NCBI RefSeq assembly: GCF_006345805.1
Contig: NC_042998.1
Span: 78,492,001-78,556,000 of the forward strand
Length of the DNA stretch: 64,000 bases
Direction: 5' to 3'
Source: Octopus sinensis
Lineage: Eukaryota
Shown here: positions 25,770 to 36,910 of the stretch, in pieces
How positions within the stretch are numbered: position 1 is the stretch's first letter
Layout: the number at the start of each line of letters is the position of its first letter
Translations under genes and position numbers: made by a program
Notes under the pieces: generated by a model
The model's database searches: none
The model's input: only the letters and a program-made list of their open reading frames with translations
Told to the model about the DNA's origin: nothing

Positions 25770-27330
25770 TTACATGAAGGCGTGTAAACAATAAAATAAC
25801 GAAACCAAAGTACAAAACAATTCAAACAATTAAAAAAAAATCCCCAAACGCGGTGGTGGTGGGGGGAATTTTCGATAGCTACACGGCAGATGGTAACCAC
25901 ATAAAACTACGATGACTCCGATCACCCCAGGAAGAACATTCTCCCTATCCTCATCTTTCGATTTATAGGTACATGCTTTGAGTGGGCCCATTCACATGGA
26001 CCATCCTTGCCATTTTCCTCCACCTTTCAACAAATTTACTGAATGGCAGCACTTTCCTCTCCACGCTCAGTTTCTTTTACGAGTGAAACTTGAAAAAGTT
26101 AGTGTTGGCTTGGCCAAAGGGAAAGGTGATTGCCTTCAGACCTTTTAGTATGGTCCACCACACAGCCTCTTTCGTTAAGGCCACCATACAAATAAAGACT
26201 GCTTGTCCTTTCGAGGCAAAGGTAGGCAACGAGACAATGTTTATCATAGACTCAGCTGATAACCGGATCCATCTTATACGCGATAGCAAGGGTTTGACAT
26301 AACTCAGTAATACTCGAGAACTGGATGAGTGCGTGCACATCTTCACTCTGTACGCAAATCGAGTAGTTCCGGTTGACGACACTTCATACCTATACAATTT
26401 CTCCCCCACTGGTATTCCCCTCAGTTACACTAACAGGCTAGAGATTTCTGAAATTATTCATGGGCACCAACCCGAAAGTTTTCCGGAACAGCCTAGCCAG
26501 TTGATTTTCATTAAGCCCAGAGACTACCCGAGAATGTTGTCACTTTTGTTCGCCACTTGCCCCTTATAGTATGTCAAAGTGAAACTTCCACCGACTATAA
26601 TGCCTGATTGACAGTAAGCTGTGGGCGCCTAATGACACTGTATATGCAAGGCAACCTGCTTCGGTTTCCGTTTAACTGGGACTGCAGGTCCAGGAAAGTG
26701 ACGAGCTGTGGAAAAGTGAGTCTGATAAACGGCAACCACTGCTACTTATCGTCAAGGAAACGCTGGAAATACCGCAGCCTCAGCGGATGTCTGTACATCA
26801 CTAACCACGACAGGCCCAGTCTTCAACGTAGTAGATGGTGACCATTGGAACGCCTAACCAGTACAACGTACCGCTTCCAATCCAGTGAGATGTTAACTGA
26901 AGCGAAACATGACGATCCAGTGATAATACGATGGAGGCGACGTAAAACGTTCGCCATCTCTGGTCGACTTTCTCTCGACTAATTTCTGGATGTGACAGGC
27001 TACCCTGCTCGTTAACTCATACCAGTTCTTCTACACTTGATGGTCTGAACAAAACCAGACCGCGAACAATTAAACTGGTGCGTCTGGCCAGCGCTCCACG
27101 ATGCTGTTAGACAGCAAGGTGCCGAGCTACAGGCCCACTAACATTTCTTGGTTGATTTTTCCCTCCTTCGAACAGTGCTGATCAACTTGATTTCCAACAT
27201 TATGTTGATGGAATCCTTCGCGTATAGCTACACAATTCTTGCACATCCTAGTTTGCATGGGATACCCCTCAACGTTTCGTGGTCCGGCAGTAGTATTTCC
27301 ACAGTTATAGTATCGTAACCTTCTACTTTC
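25770..27330 (-). mobile_element. 5'-truncated Tx1/L1-clade LINE (end of RT to 3' UTR)
   Basis: KINQEMLVGL*LG...VWFCSDHQV*KNWYEL, plus ORF 26077-26409 (LLSRIRWIRLSAESMINIVSLPTF...VALTKEAVWWTILKGLK...FFKFH). Confidence 0.85.
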
Positions 27331-28394
27331 CGCTACTATTTTCAGTTGCTGCTCTCTTGGACCTTTATCAAGTCAGGTATTTTGTTGTTTCAGGTTTCAC
27401 CTAAATCAAGATCTCCAGTACCATCCTGACCTAATCTATTTTATTTCGAAATCTTTTTTATTTCTAGTAAGGGGCTATGCTATCCCAAGGCTACACATTT
27501 CCCCACCCACCAGTTCTGGAAAATGTTTGAGATTCTTACTGGGGTCATTCTCACTTCTATGTGAATCGAAATCTTCAGGTCTTTGACGGTGGAGTACTTC
27601 TGAAATATATGTGAACTTATGTGCATGTACCACAAAACTGATGCCTTGGCATTTGCTCCTTAAAATGAGTTCAGCTTCTAATTTATCTTTTTGTCGATAG
27701 ATATCTAAACAGAATTGTTTTCCTTTATGTTTAATTTAAAACATGTTGCAGTTTATTGAGCATAATTTTTCTATGTTCTGGACTGTTGATACGTATTTCT
27801 GTCTCTTTTATATGTTCACACTTATCGTTTCACGGGATGAAATCGGACAGATTTGTAATCTTAACAAAAGAAAGATTATTTGCTGTGTTTTACAACTGCT
27901 GGTGTTGTTAATATTGTTGTTGACGTTACTATTATAACTTCTTATTGGGGTGGTAATAATAGTAGCAGGGTAGATTTACAGATGTTATTTGCTTGACATG
28001 TCACTGTTCTGATTGCTTCTACTGTTGTTGTTGTTGTTGCTAAGTTTATTATTGTTGTTGGTGCTACTGACACTACTGCTGAAATTTTTAATTAATTTCA
28101 TGTCTTACAGTATTGTGTGGGAGGAGATGACTGCGAAAGAGGATTTCATCTTCAGAATACCCTCCTACCTTTCTTTCTTACTGACTGTTTGACAAAGACG
28201 ACATTTTGAATTTTCTGTTCCGAAAATGTTTTCATTCTTTTAAAATTTTGCTTCATAGAATATATAACAAAGACTGTTAATCAGTCCAAGGCAGAACAAT
28301 ATAAGCAACACAAATAGATTTTTTTAAAAAGGAAAACGTGGCACAAACTCATGGAATGTCCAAAACACGTTCAGCTTCGGCGAAAAACAATAAT

Positions 28395-28805
28395 TCTTTC
28401 TAATTTTGGCACAAGACTAGCAATTTTCGAGGAAGGGGCAACCGAACCGAGTATTTGACTAGTACTTATTTTATCGACCCTGGAGGGATGAAAGGCAAAA
28501 TCGATCTCGACAAGTCGGAAGAAATGCCACTAAGCATTTTATCCGACACGATCTTGCCAGCTCACCACTTTAATAGTAATAATAATTCTTTCTAAAGTTG
28601 GCACGCGGCTAGCAATTTTGAAGAGAGGGAGAAATTCGGCTACATCGACGCCAGTACTTAACTGGTACTTTATTTTATCGATCTCGAAAGGATGAAAGAC
28701 AAAACTAACCTGCGTAAGTATTGAACTCAGAACTTAAAGAGCCGGAAGGAATTCCGCAAAAAATTCTGTCGATTTAATAACCATTCCACCAGTCCGTCGC
28801 CTTAA
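28395..28805 (-). mobile_element. Two SINE family A copies, old-tail subtype
   Basis: TTTGGCACAAG/TTGGCACGCGG tails, TTATCGA..GGATGAAAG(G/A)CAAA body, and degenerate heads on the reverse strand. Confidence 0.7.
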
Positions 28806-28999
28806 TCGCAATTTTTTGTTTGTTAGTATAAGGTCTAAGACTTTGAGGACAGACATTTCTAAACATAAGCTCATGGTTACACCTTTTGGAAGAGATTACA
28901 GCCAAATATTTCGATGCCATTTCTTACTGGTGACATATATTATTAAAATTATTTTATAGACCTGTAAACATAAGTGTAGGTGTGGCCTCTTTATATAGG

Positions 29000-29177
29000 G
29001 GTGTATATATAGGTGTATATATATATATATATATATATATGCATATGTATGTATGTATATGTATATATATATGTATGTATATATATATATATGTATATAT
29101 GTATATATATATGTATATATATATGTATATATATATATGTATATATATATACATGTATATATATATTATATATATAT

Positions 29178-29241
<64 letters not shown>
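29000..29241. repeat. (TA)n / (TATG) microsatellite
   Basis: Direct reading. Confidence 0.95.
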
Positions 29242-29245
<4 letters not shown>

Positions 29246-29544
29246 ATAGCCTGGGCTTCCGAGGCCCACAGCTCTTCAATATCCTCCCGAAGAACCTGAG
29301 AGACCTGCATGGGGTGGATACAGATGTCTTTAAAATGAAGCTGGATCTCTTCCTGTCAGGTGTCCCAGATGAACCAACTTCACGGCAGGAGGGGCAGATG
29401 AGGGCAGCTGCATCGAACTCTCTCATGCACCAAATAGCAGTTGCTAGAAAGCCTCCATGAAGTGAAACCAAGTAGCAACACCAAATGGCGGTGCCCCAGC
29501 ATGGCCACAGCTCATAAGCTGAAACTAGAATCAATCAATCAATC
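29242..29544 (+). mobile_element. Well-preserved 3' end of a CR1/Jockey-group LINE
   Basis: Open frame [46 protein letters not shown]...[11 protein letters not shown], short 3' UTR and (ATCA)n tail. Confidence 0.85.
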
Positions 29545-29609
<65 letters not shown>

Positions 29610-29734
29610 GTATATATATGTATATATATAGTCATTATAGATATAGGGTGAAATATAATTAATTTAATAAAATCAACGAATTTCACCTAGTAGTATTTCG
29701 GTATGGAAAAGGACCATATTCGGTAAACATTTAT

Positions 29735-29915
29735 ATAATTATAATAATAAGGGTTTTTTGCAACAAGTTGCTTAACCACATACCGAAAATTTTAGAAATA
29801 GCAGCCAAAAGACTACTATTTAGTTGACTAATAGTAGTCTTTTGGCTGCTATTTCTAAAATTTTCGGTATGTGGTTAAGGAACTTGTTGCAAAAAACCCT
29901 TATTATTATAATTAT
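29735..29915. repeat. Near-perfect 181-bp palindrome (86-bp arms, 1 mismatch, 9-nt centre)
   Basis: 29735-29820 is the reverse complement of 29830-29915 except for one G/C difference. Confidence 0.95.
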
Positions 29916-29942
29916 GTATATATATATATATATATATATATA

Positions 29943-29989
<47 letters not shown>

Positions 29990-30020
29990 GTGTGTGTGTG
30001 TGTGTGTATATATGTATGTA

Positions 30021-30069
<49 letters not shown>

Positions 30070-30109
30070 ATATATAAATGTGTATGTATATATATGTATA
30101 GTTGTTTGT

Positions 30110-30315
30110 GCGTGTATTTGCGTCTGTATTTGTCTCCCACGAAGGCTTGTTGTGTTTGCGACTCCATGACTTAACAGTTCGACAAAATGACTAATAGAAC
30201 AAGTACCAGGCTTTGAAAAAGAAGTACTGGGGTGAATTCATTCATTCGATTAAATAGTCAAGGCGATACCCCAGCATAGCCACATTCTGATGAGTGAAAC
30301 GAAGGCAAACAAAAG
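30110..30315 (+). mobile_element. SINE family B, 3' half, degenerate
   Basis: ACTTAACAGTTCGACAAAA...AAGTACCAGGCTT...CCCCAGCATAGCCAC...GAAAC tail. Confidence 0.6.
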
Positions 30316-30419
30316 TGAAAGTTTTCATGGTTACTATATTTTAATATTGCAAGGTATTTTTACTGTTTCTTAACGAGAGATAAAAAAAAAATAGACATTA
30401 ATCACATAAAACTGAAAGG

Positions 30420-30800
30420 AAAATGGAAGCCTTATCCTTACTTAGCGAAATGAGAAAGAAGGGATCCAGCATGAAAAAGTTAAAAAAAGAGCGTAAATAT
30501 GAAAAGTGTAGCGATAAAAAAAAATTAAAAGACAACCTGAAAGCAAAATATAAGCTTGAACAGATATCAGCAGAAACATGCCGGATAAAACGCTTTAAAA
30601 ACGTAAACGCTTCTTCCAGGTAAAATATGTATTTGTATTAAATATTAAAAAATTCTTCTGAGATATTAACAAAAAATATAACGCTGGAAGACACACCAAT
30701 ATCAACAAAAAGTCGAGTTTACTCGAAGGAAACGAAACAAAAACTTTTCATACAATAAAAAAGATATTATAATGCATCAAGAGAACAGGTAAAAAAAATA
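30420..30800 (+). mobile_element. R4/Dong-like non-LTR relic (pre-RT region)
   Basis: LKAKYKLEQISAETCRIKRFKKRKRFFQ...KKFF*DINKK resembles LKQKxxAxAxRIRRYxxR..xY.QN..F..N.KKFYR. Confidence 0.5.
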
Positions 30801-31281
30801 TAGCACCGCAAGCATAATACTCAACAGCCAGAAAGAAATTCGCTAATATATTATTATGATCTACAAGTAACTGGAAAACGTCTGACACTGACAAGGTCCC
30901 CAATTTCTATTGAGGCTTCTAGACATTGAATGCAACCACGCTATACCATAGTTATAGCGTAGTGGTATTCAATTAAATGTTACGCAAATGAGATTCAGTA
31001 CGTAATTATATGCTGAAGGTGCAAAACAACATTTATTTCCCCAAAACAAAATATCAGAGAGAATTATTGGCCTATAACTTGCTTACTATCAACATAGAAA
31101 GCCTTTACAGATGTATTCTTCTGTAATATGTCTTTTTTTTTTTCACGTGGAAAGTAATAACATGTTGCCAGAAACAATGCTGGAAACGTACGTATGGATG
31201 TAAAGAAGGGGAGAACACATTGGACATTATAATTCTTCATACACTAAAATAAGTCGCGGGGGTTACTATTGGAATAGATAC

Positions 31282-31518
31282 CTATTTCTTTATTACCCAC
31301 AAGGGTCTAAACATAGAGGGGACAAACAAGGACAGACATAGGCATTAAGTCGATTACATCGACCCCAGTGTGTAACTAGTACTTAATTTATCGACCCCGA
31401 AAAGATGAAAGGCAAAGTCGACCTCGGCGGAATTTGAACTCACAACGTAACGGCAGTCGAAATACCGCTAAGCATTTCGCCCGACGTGCTAACGTTTCTG
31501 CCAGCTGGCCGCCTCTAA
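31282..31518 (-). mobile_element. SINE family A, full length, young tail, with TSD
   Basis: 12-bp TSD TGGAATAGATAC (31270-31281, 31519-31530). Confidence 0.92.
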
Positions 31519-32099
31519 TGGAATAGATACCACCGATCAAGGCTAACCTGAGGCTGAACATGAATTACAGTCGTCACGTACTATACTTTCAATCTAGTCG
31601 ACATTAGGTCGTGAGACTGTTTCACAACAGAATATCGACTGTAACATGGAAAGCAGATTGAAAACAAACGTATGCAAAATACAGATATCTTCTCAGATTA
31701 AATAACTGATCTCAAAACGAGTTTGGATTTAAAAGTGTTAATCTCACAACTAAATATTGTGAGAGGATTTATGATAATGTCGCAATTACACGTTTCAAGA
31801 AGAATAAATGTGAGTTCGAATCCCAGGGGGGGCATTCACGTTTTGCTTCCCTTTGATGTTCGCTTTGTATGCCCGCAACAAATGTTCCGTGTATTAATAG
31901 CATTAAAATCAACTTCGGCTTTTCTGCAGCCACCAAATGACTATTATGCTTCTTCCTCAGTTATTCCCCACTGACTAAAGATTGTCTGAGTAATATTTTT
32001 TTTTAACGAGTTCTTTTTCAAATCACAAAAGGGTTATATCAATTGTTTAAAATGATTATCATTTCTCTACCTCTCTCCCTCTTTCTGTCCAAGCCTTGA

Positions 32100-32140
<41 letters not shown>

Positions 32141-32407
32141 TATATATATATCTTCCACACTTACCTTTCACGCCCTCACTTCCCTTCCTCCCTCGCTCTG
32201 CCATTATTAGTAAGAACAACAGTGTGTTGATGCTTCCTTTGTGTCCTCTTTCTAAGCGCTGTCAAGTTTACCTTACTCTTTCAAAGATCGATAAATATAT
32301 ACATATAGGATCGATTAAATAATCCTTACTCTTTCCTACAAACATTTAATTTTGAGTCCTTTTTTAGAACTTATTTTTGTTACTATAGCTATTCGGGTAG
32401 TTTGTTG

Positions 32408-32696
32408 ATAGGATTTCTCAAACTGAGATCCAAGAAAGCACAGGGTTCCGAGAAAAATATTAAAGGGTTCCACAAAATTATCATGGGGTTCAACGAAATG
32501 TGGGCCTTAACATTTTATAAAAATTTGTTTTATGAAACAAATGCGATTCATTCTTAAATTAGTTTTTGTGAATAAATTTTCTGTTTCATTTGATGTTTTT
32601 TATTAAAATCAAATTTGTCTGCAAACTATAGATATTGATACCGCGATTTGCGAAAGATCATATAGCTTTCGCGCAAATATTAGTTTGGGAACACTA
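32408..32696. mobile_element. Degenerate hAT (Buster/Charlie-like) MITE
   Basis: TAGGATTTCTCAAACT / AGTTTGGGAACACTA imperfect TIR. No TSD seen. Confidence 0.4.
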
Positions 32697-32739
32697 GTGC
32701 TGATTTGGCTAGTCTTTATTTCAATCTTTACTTGTGAAA

Positions 32740-33134
32740 CAGTTCTATATTTAAGAGATGAGGAATTATGAACATTATTTACAATTGACGGATATTTGTC
32801 ATCTTGTTTTTTTTGTTAACACAACGTTTCGGCTGATATACCCTCTAGCCTTCATCAGATGTCTTGGGAAAATTTCGAACTTGGGTTCTCATTCCTAAGG
32901 TATTTTTCGATGTTGTTGTTGTTATTATCATCATCATCATCATCGTCATTGTTGTTGTTGTTGTTGTTTTTGTTGTTGTTGTTGTTGTTGTTGTTGTTTT
33001 TGTTGTTGTTGTTGTTTTGTTGTTGTTGTTGTTGTTGTTGTTGTTATTCAGGTCACTGCCTGGAATCGAACTCGGGATCTTGGGGTTAGTAGCCCGCACT
33101 CTTAACCACTACGCCATATGCTCGTGAGATGCAC
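32740..33134 (-). mobile_element. tRNA-headed SINE-like element with triplet microsatellite and Penelope-type, hammerhead-bearing tail
   Basis: A-box TGGCGTAGTGG (33106-33116) and B-box GAGTTCGATTCC (33062-33073), then (AAC/ATG/AAT)n, then a unique tail. Possible 6-bp TSD GTGAAA (32734-32739, 33135-33140). Confidence 0.8.
32818..32863 (-). ncRNA. Minimal type I hammerhead ribozyme motif
   Basis: GACAU-CUGAUGA-A-GGCU[AGAGGGUAUAUC]AGCC-GAAAC-GUU^GUGUU. Intact core boxes, 4-bp stem II, palindromic ACGU stem III, 5-bp stem I with two G.U pairs. Confidence 0.7.
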
Positions 33135-33397
33135 GTGAAATAATGAGATTTTTCAGGGGAATTTTTCCATACAAATTCTATCTGGAAGCTATATTCTGAA
33201 ATGTTGGATTAGCGAAAATCTCCCATACGAACTCTTTAGCATATTAGGAGATCTAGTTATAATATAAAAATTTAGAGCCTTGTGCCTAGAGTAGAAAAGA
33301 ATATTGGTTCCGAGTAAGAAAGTTAAAAGTTAACTCCTGTAGCTTTTAAAATCAGAAAATATCATAAGTAATAAAAGCTGTAAATGAATATTCTTTT

Positions 33398-33552
33398 CTA
33401 CTCTAGGCACAAGGCCCGAAATTTTGGGGGAGTGGGGCCAGTCGATTAGATCGACCCCAGGATGCAACTGGTACTTAATTTATCGATCCCGAAAGGATGA
33501 AAGACAAAGTCGACCACGGCGGAATTTGAACTCAGAACGTAATGACAGACGA
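33398..33552 (-). mobile_element. SINE family A, old-tail subtype, 5'-truncated
   Basis: CTCTAGGCACAAGGCCCGAAATTTTGGGG...GGCGGAATTTGAACTCAGAACG. Confidence 0.8.
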
Positions 33553-35439
33553 AGCTGTAAATGAATATTGAAAGATATTAGTCCTATAAATTTCTTCTTT
33601 TAGATAGATCAGTTGTCCGTGGTACAATTAGTACAAACATTACTAACAATTTTAAGCATATTTTCTTTTTTCTTTACCAAAGAAAGGACTGTACTTGAAA
33701 TTCTAGTCACGACTCCGAATCTTAGTGCCAAAACTTACTCTGTAAATATATTGAGATAATGATTTTTACAGTATGGAAATGCTTTTTTTCTGAGTTTGGT
33801 GTTAATGGTCACTCGAGCCTTGTTTCCAATAAACATGCAAGATACATTTTCATCTTTACCGAGGTATTTATAACTATCATTGTTTAAGGCAAAAATGTTT
33901 TAGAAAGTACATTTTTCTCCCTTATCCTAGTTGGTTTCTAGTCCTATCTTAATTTATTATACAAATAAGTGTTTGTTCTGGCATAATTCCATCCCAGTGG
34001 CCCGTGAATATACTTTTTACTGAGTCAAATTGATACTTGGCTCTGTTGATGTTACTGGCTTATATTTTCAGGTCATCAACAATGAAACTGTAGGAGACAT
34101 TGATTTTTCTTCTCCATTGAAAGCAGGGAGCGCATAATTATTAGACTTCATTAAAACAGATGACATTAGATCAAGCGTAAAAAATGCAACATATATAGAG
34201 AGAATATCTGTATAATATTCTTTTTCAAGGGGCATAATTTGCGCAGCGTCGATACTTTGTGACAGATCGCTTGAGAATAATTTAGGCATTTTTTTTCTTG
34301 TACAATGAGAAAAGTCCCTGTGTTTGAAATATTGCTTACTATAATGATTCTAGTAACAAGAAGAAATACTTTTAATAATTCCCCTGCCACGAGCCAGCAA
34401 ATGTAAGTGGGTCATTTCATCAGCTAGAAACATCAGCGATACCTCCCTCAATTCATTCACAACTATCTCTGAAAAATAGAACACATTGGATAATATAGTC
34501 GTACATACACTGTCTGAAAAATTCACAGAATAGTCAGGCTTGGAACGGCTTTAGCCACAGGAATCTTTGAATGGGGTTGTTAGTATAGCTACTATTACTG
34601 TTTCAGTCCACTAATCGGAAAAAATATTTGACCCACTATTAATACAGAAAATTTAACGAGTGCAAATAATATTAATTTTAAATGCATTCTCAGTATATCA
34701 TTGTTATTTTACACTACTATTATAACCACCGCAATCTGAAAGAAATCGAGTTGCTATGAAACATATTTATATTGCATTTCGTTCGCCGCGTAACTAACAT
34801 ATTTTTCCCCTTTCTGTATGCTTGTAAATCTACCATTACATGACATATTGAATAAGATTGGAGTAACAGAATTAATGCTCTAATAACTTGCTCAAAAACA
34901 AAATGCCGGGAAATAAAATATAATATCTGTTTGTTATTTTGCTTAGTGACCATTGATTTGAAAGAAAAATGGTGTTCCTAGCTTTAGTTTTTTTTCCTCA
35001 CACATCAGAGTAGAAATACATGCTAGTAATCAATTAATTAATCGAGCAAACTGAAAAAACAAAGGCATCTAATTGTTTAGTGGTTGATTCGGTTGAATAA
35101 CGATAGTGGTGCACAATGATTGTGCGATTAAACTGTAAAATGTAATCATAGTAGGCAAGGTAGTGTCATTAAGAATTCTGGTGAGTTCAGTGGCGAACAC
35201 GAAGTTCCGGGTTTGATTAGACTGTTCGTTACCATGAGTATCTTTTGCTCGACACTAGTGATAACCAACGTGTAAGCGGATGTTAGCAGACAAATACCAT
35301 CGTATATACGGAGGCAGTGTATACGGAGCAGACAAATACCATTGTATATACGGAGGCAGTATATATACGGAGGCAGTATATATATATGGAGGCAGTGTAT
35401 CCAGGACTACATTATGCAATGAGTCCTACTTTTTTCAGA

Positions 35440-35620
35440 CGGTAGGGAATAATTCGAAGGATGTTCGACTGCCATTTGTAGCACGTCGAACGACAGCGTT
35501 GAAGTTCCTGCGTTATCTTGTAAATAATCTTATACTAAATATTAGCGTATACTTGCTGGGGTTTATGCTGATGATGTCCTTATCCTACTGGTCATTGTGA
35601 TGACGCCTAACCACCGGGAA
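35440..35620 (+). mobile_element. Short non-LTR RT relic (probably Tx1/L1)
   Basis: GVYADDVLIL at ~35558-35587, preceded by TALKFLRYL, which resembles LALEPLLRKL. Confidence 0.5.
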
Positions 35621-36212
35621 TAATTTTTTTTCTCTTGATCACGAATGACGTTTCCTCCAGTAGTTTTCACATTTTTTACTGATTTTAAACACTAAGAGCC
35701 TGACCATGTTGTCGCTGAGGTTGAGCCACAAATATCGCAAACGTTTTCAGTTTCAGTTTTAGTTCCTGACTGAAATCTTTGTATTGATTTGTCGATACAC
35801 CTAAAAAAGAAATGAGGCAGTTGAAATTTGGTTGCGTGCCGCGGAACATTACGTTAAGTTGTTTTCCAATTTATGGCCCAATGAAGTTGTGTTAACTAAT
35901 AGCAGGTGCATTTTTTCTTGCAAGTTCATATAAATTAATTAGATACATAAACTTCTTAATGAAAATAAATTCGACTCAGATCAATTACCGAAATTCGTTT
36001 CTCGTTTAGACCAAATAAGATATATTCCTCAAAGTAAACATTTTCATCGGCGTTTTCTTTAAAACAACGATTTTCTTAGTCGTGAATGACACTCTTATAT
36101 CAAATTTTCTGGTTGTCAAATAGAACAGTTATTTAGCCTCATAACTTTCGTATTCAATATTTTCAAGTGAAAATATGGTTATCTGTCAATGAACATGTAT
36201 GAACAGTTGAGT

Positions 36213-36580
36213 GGAGGCGCAATGGTCCAGTGGTTAAGGTAGCGGGCTCGCGGTCGTGAGATCACGGTTTCGATTCCCAGACTGGGTGTTGTGAGTGTTT
36301 ATTGAGCGAAAACACCTAAAACTCCACGGCGCTCCGGTAGAGGGGTGGCGAACCCTGCTGTACTCTTTCACCACGACTTTCACTACTTCCTGTTTCTATT
36401 GTACCTGTATTTCAAAGGGCAAGCCTTGTCACAGACTGTGTCACGCTGAATCTCCCCGAGAACTACGTTAAGGGTACACGTGTCTGTGGAGTGCTCAGCC
36501 ACTTACACGTTAACTTTATGAGCAAGCTGTTCCGTTGATCAGATCAAATGGAACCCACGTCGTCGTAACCGACGGAGTAC
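36213..36580 (+). mobile_element. tRNA-derived SINE family D
   Basis: TGGTCCAGTGGTT A-box and GGTTTCGATTCC B-box. Body GTACCTGTATTTCAAAGGGC..AGCCTTGTCACA..GTCACGCTGAATC is shared with 63700-63899. Confidence 0.85.
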
Positions 36581-36729
36581 AACGAATGAACAGTTGACCA
36601 AATAACCGTGTAACCATTTAGAAATTCTGCAAGTTAATTCACGTTCTTTTTTAATAATATTGCTAATATATTTACATTGTGTACATACATACACACACAC
36701 ACACATTTATATATATACATATACATATG

Positions 36730-36910
36730 TAGGGAGAGTTTACGAAAAAAACAAAAGACGAAGACAGGTGGTGTACAAAACAAACAGATGTATTAGTATA
36801 ACGCTCAAGAATAGAAAAAGTCTTTTACGTTTCGAGCCTACGCTCTTCTACAGAAAGGGACATAGAAAAAACAAGGAGAGAAAAAAAATGTGTGTAGTGG
36901 CTAACGATCT
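36730..36910 (-). mobile_element. Penelope pseudo-LTR-like fragment
   Basis: Non-coding fragment carrying the hammerhead-like motif below. The class is inferred from that motif. Confidence 0.5.
36822..36857 (-). ncRNA. Minimal hammerhead-like motif with non-consensus core (CUGUAGA)
   Basis: CUUU-CUGUAGA-A-GAGC[GUAG]GCUC-GAAAC-GUA^AAAG. All three helices fit, but position 6 is U rather than A. Confidence 0.55.

Noticed and set aside
29665-29730. Third hammerhead-like motif (CCGAATA...GAAATAC on -)
   Set aside because: Two core deviations (U4, G8) and no valid stem III or NUH site.
33051-33121. tRNA gene (also considered at 36213-36290 and 63830-63899)
   Set aside because: A and B boxes are present but no 7-bp acceptor stem closes, and each continues into repeat body. 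These are SINE heads.
34068-34296. 73-aa minus-strand ORF as a terminal exon
   Set aside because: No recognisable homology and no compatible upstream phase-2 exon found.
35439-35600. TTTTTTCAG acceptor followed by a TM-like frame (RRTT...YLLGFMLMMSLSYW) recalling a Cys-loop receptor
   Set aside because: The overlapping frame reads GVYADDVL, an RT motif, so a retroelement relic explains it better.
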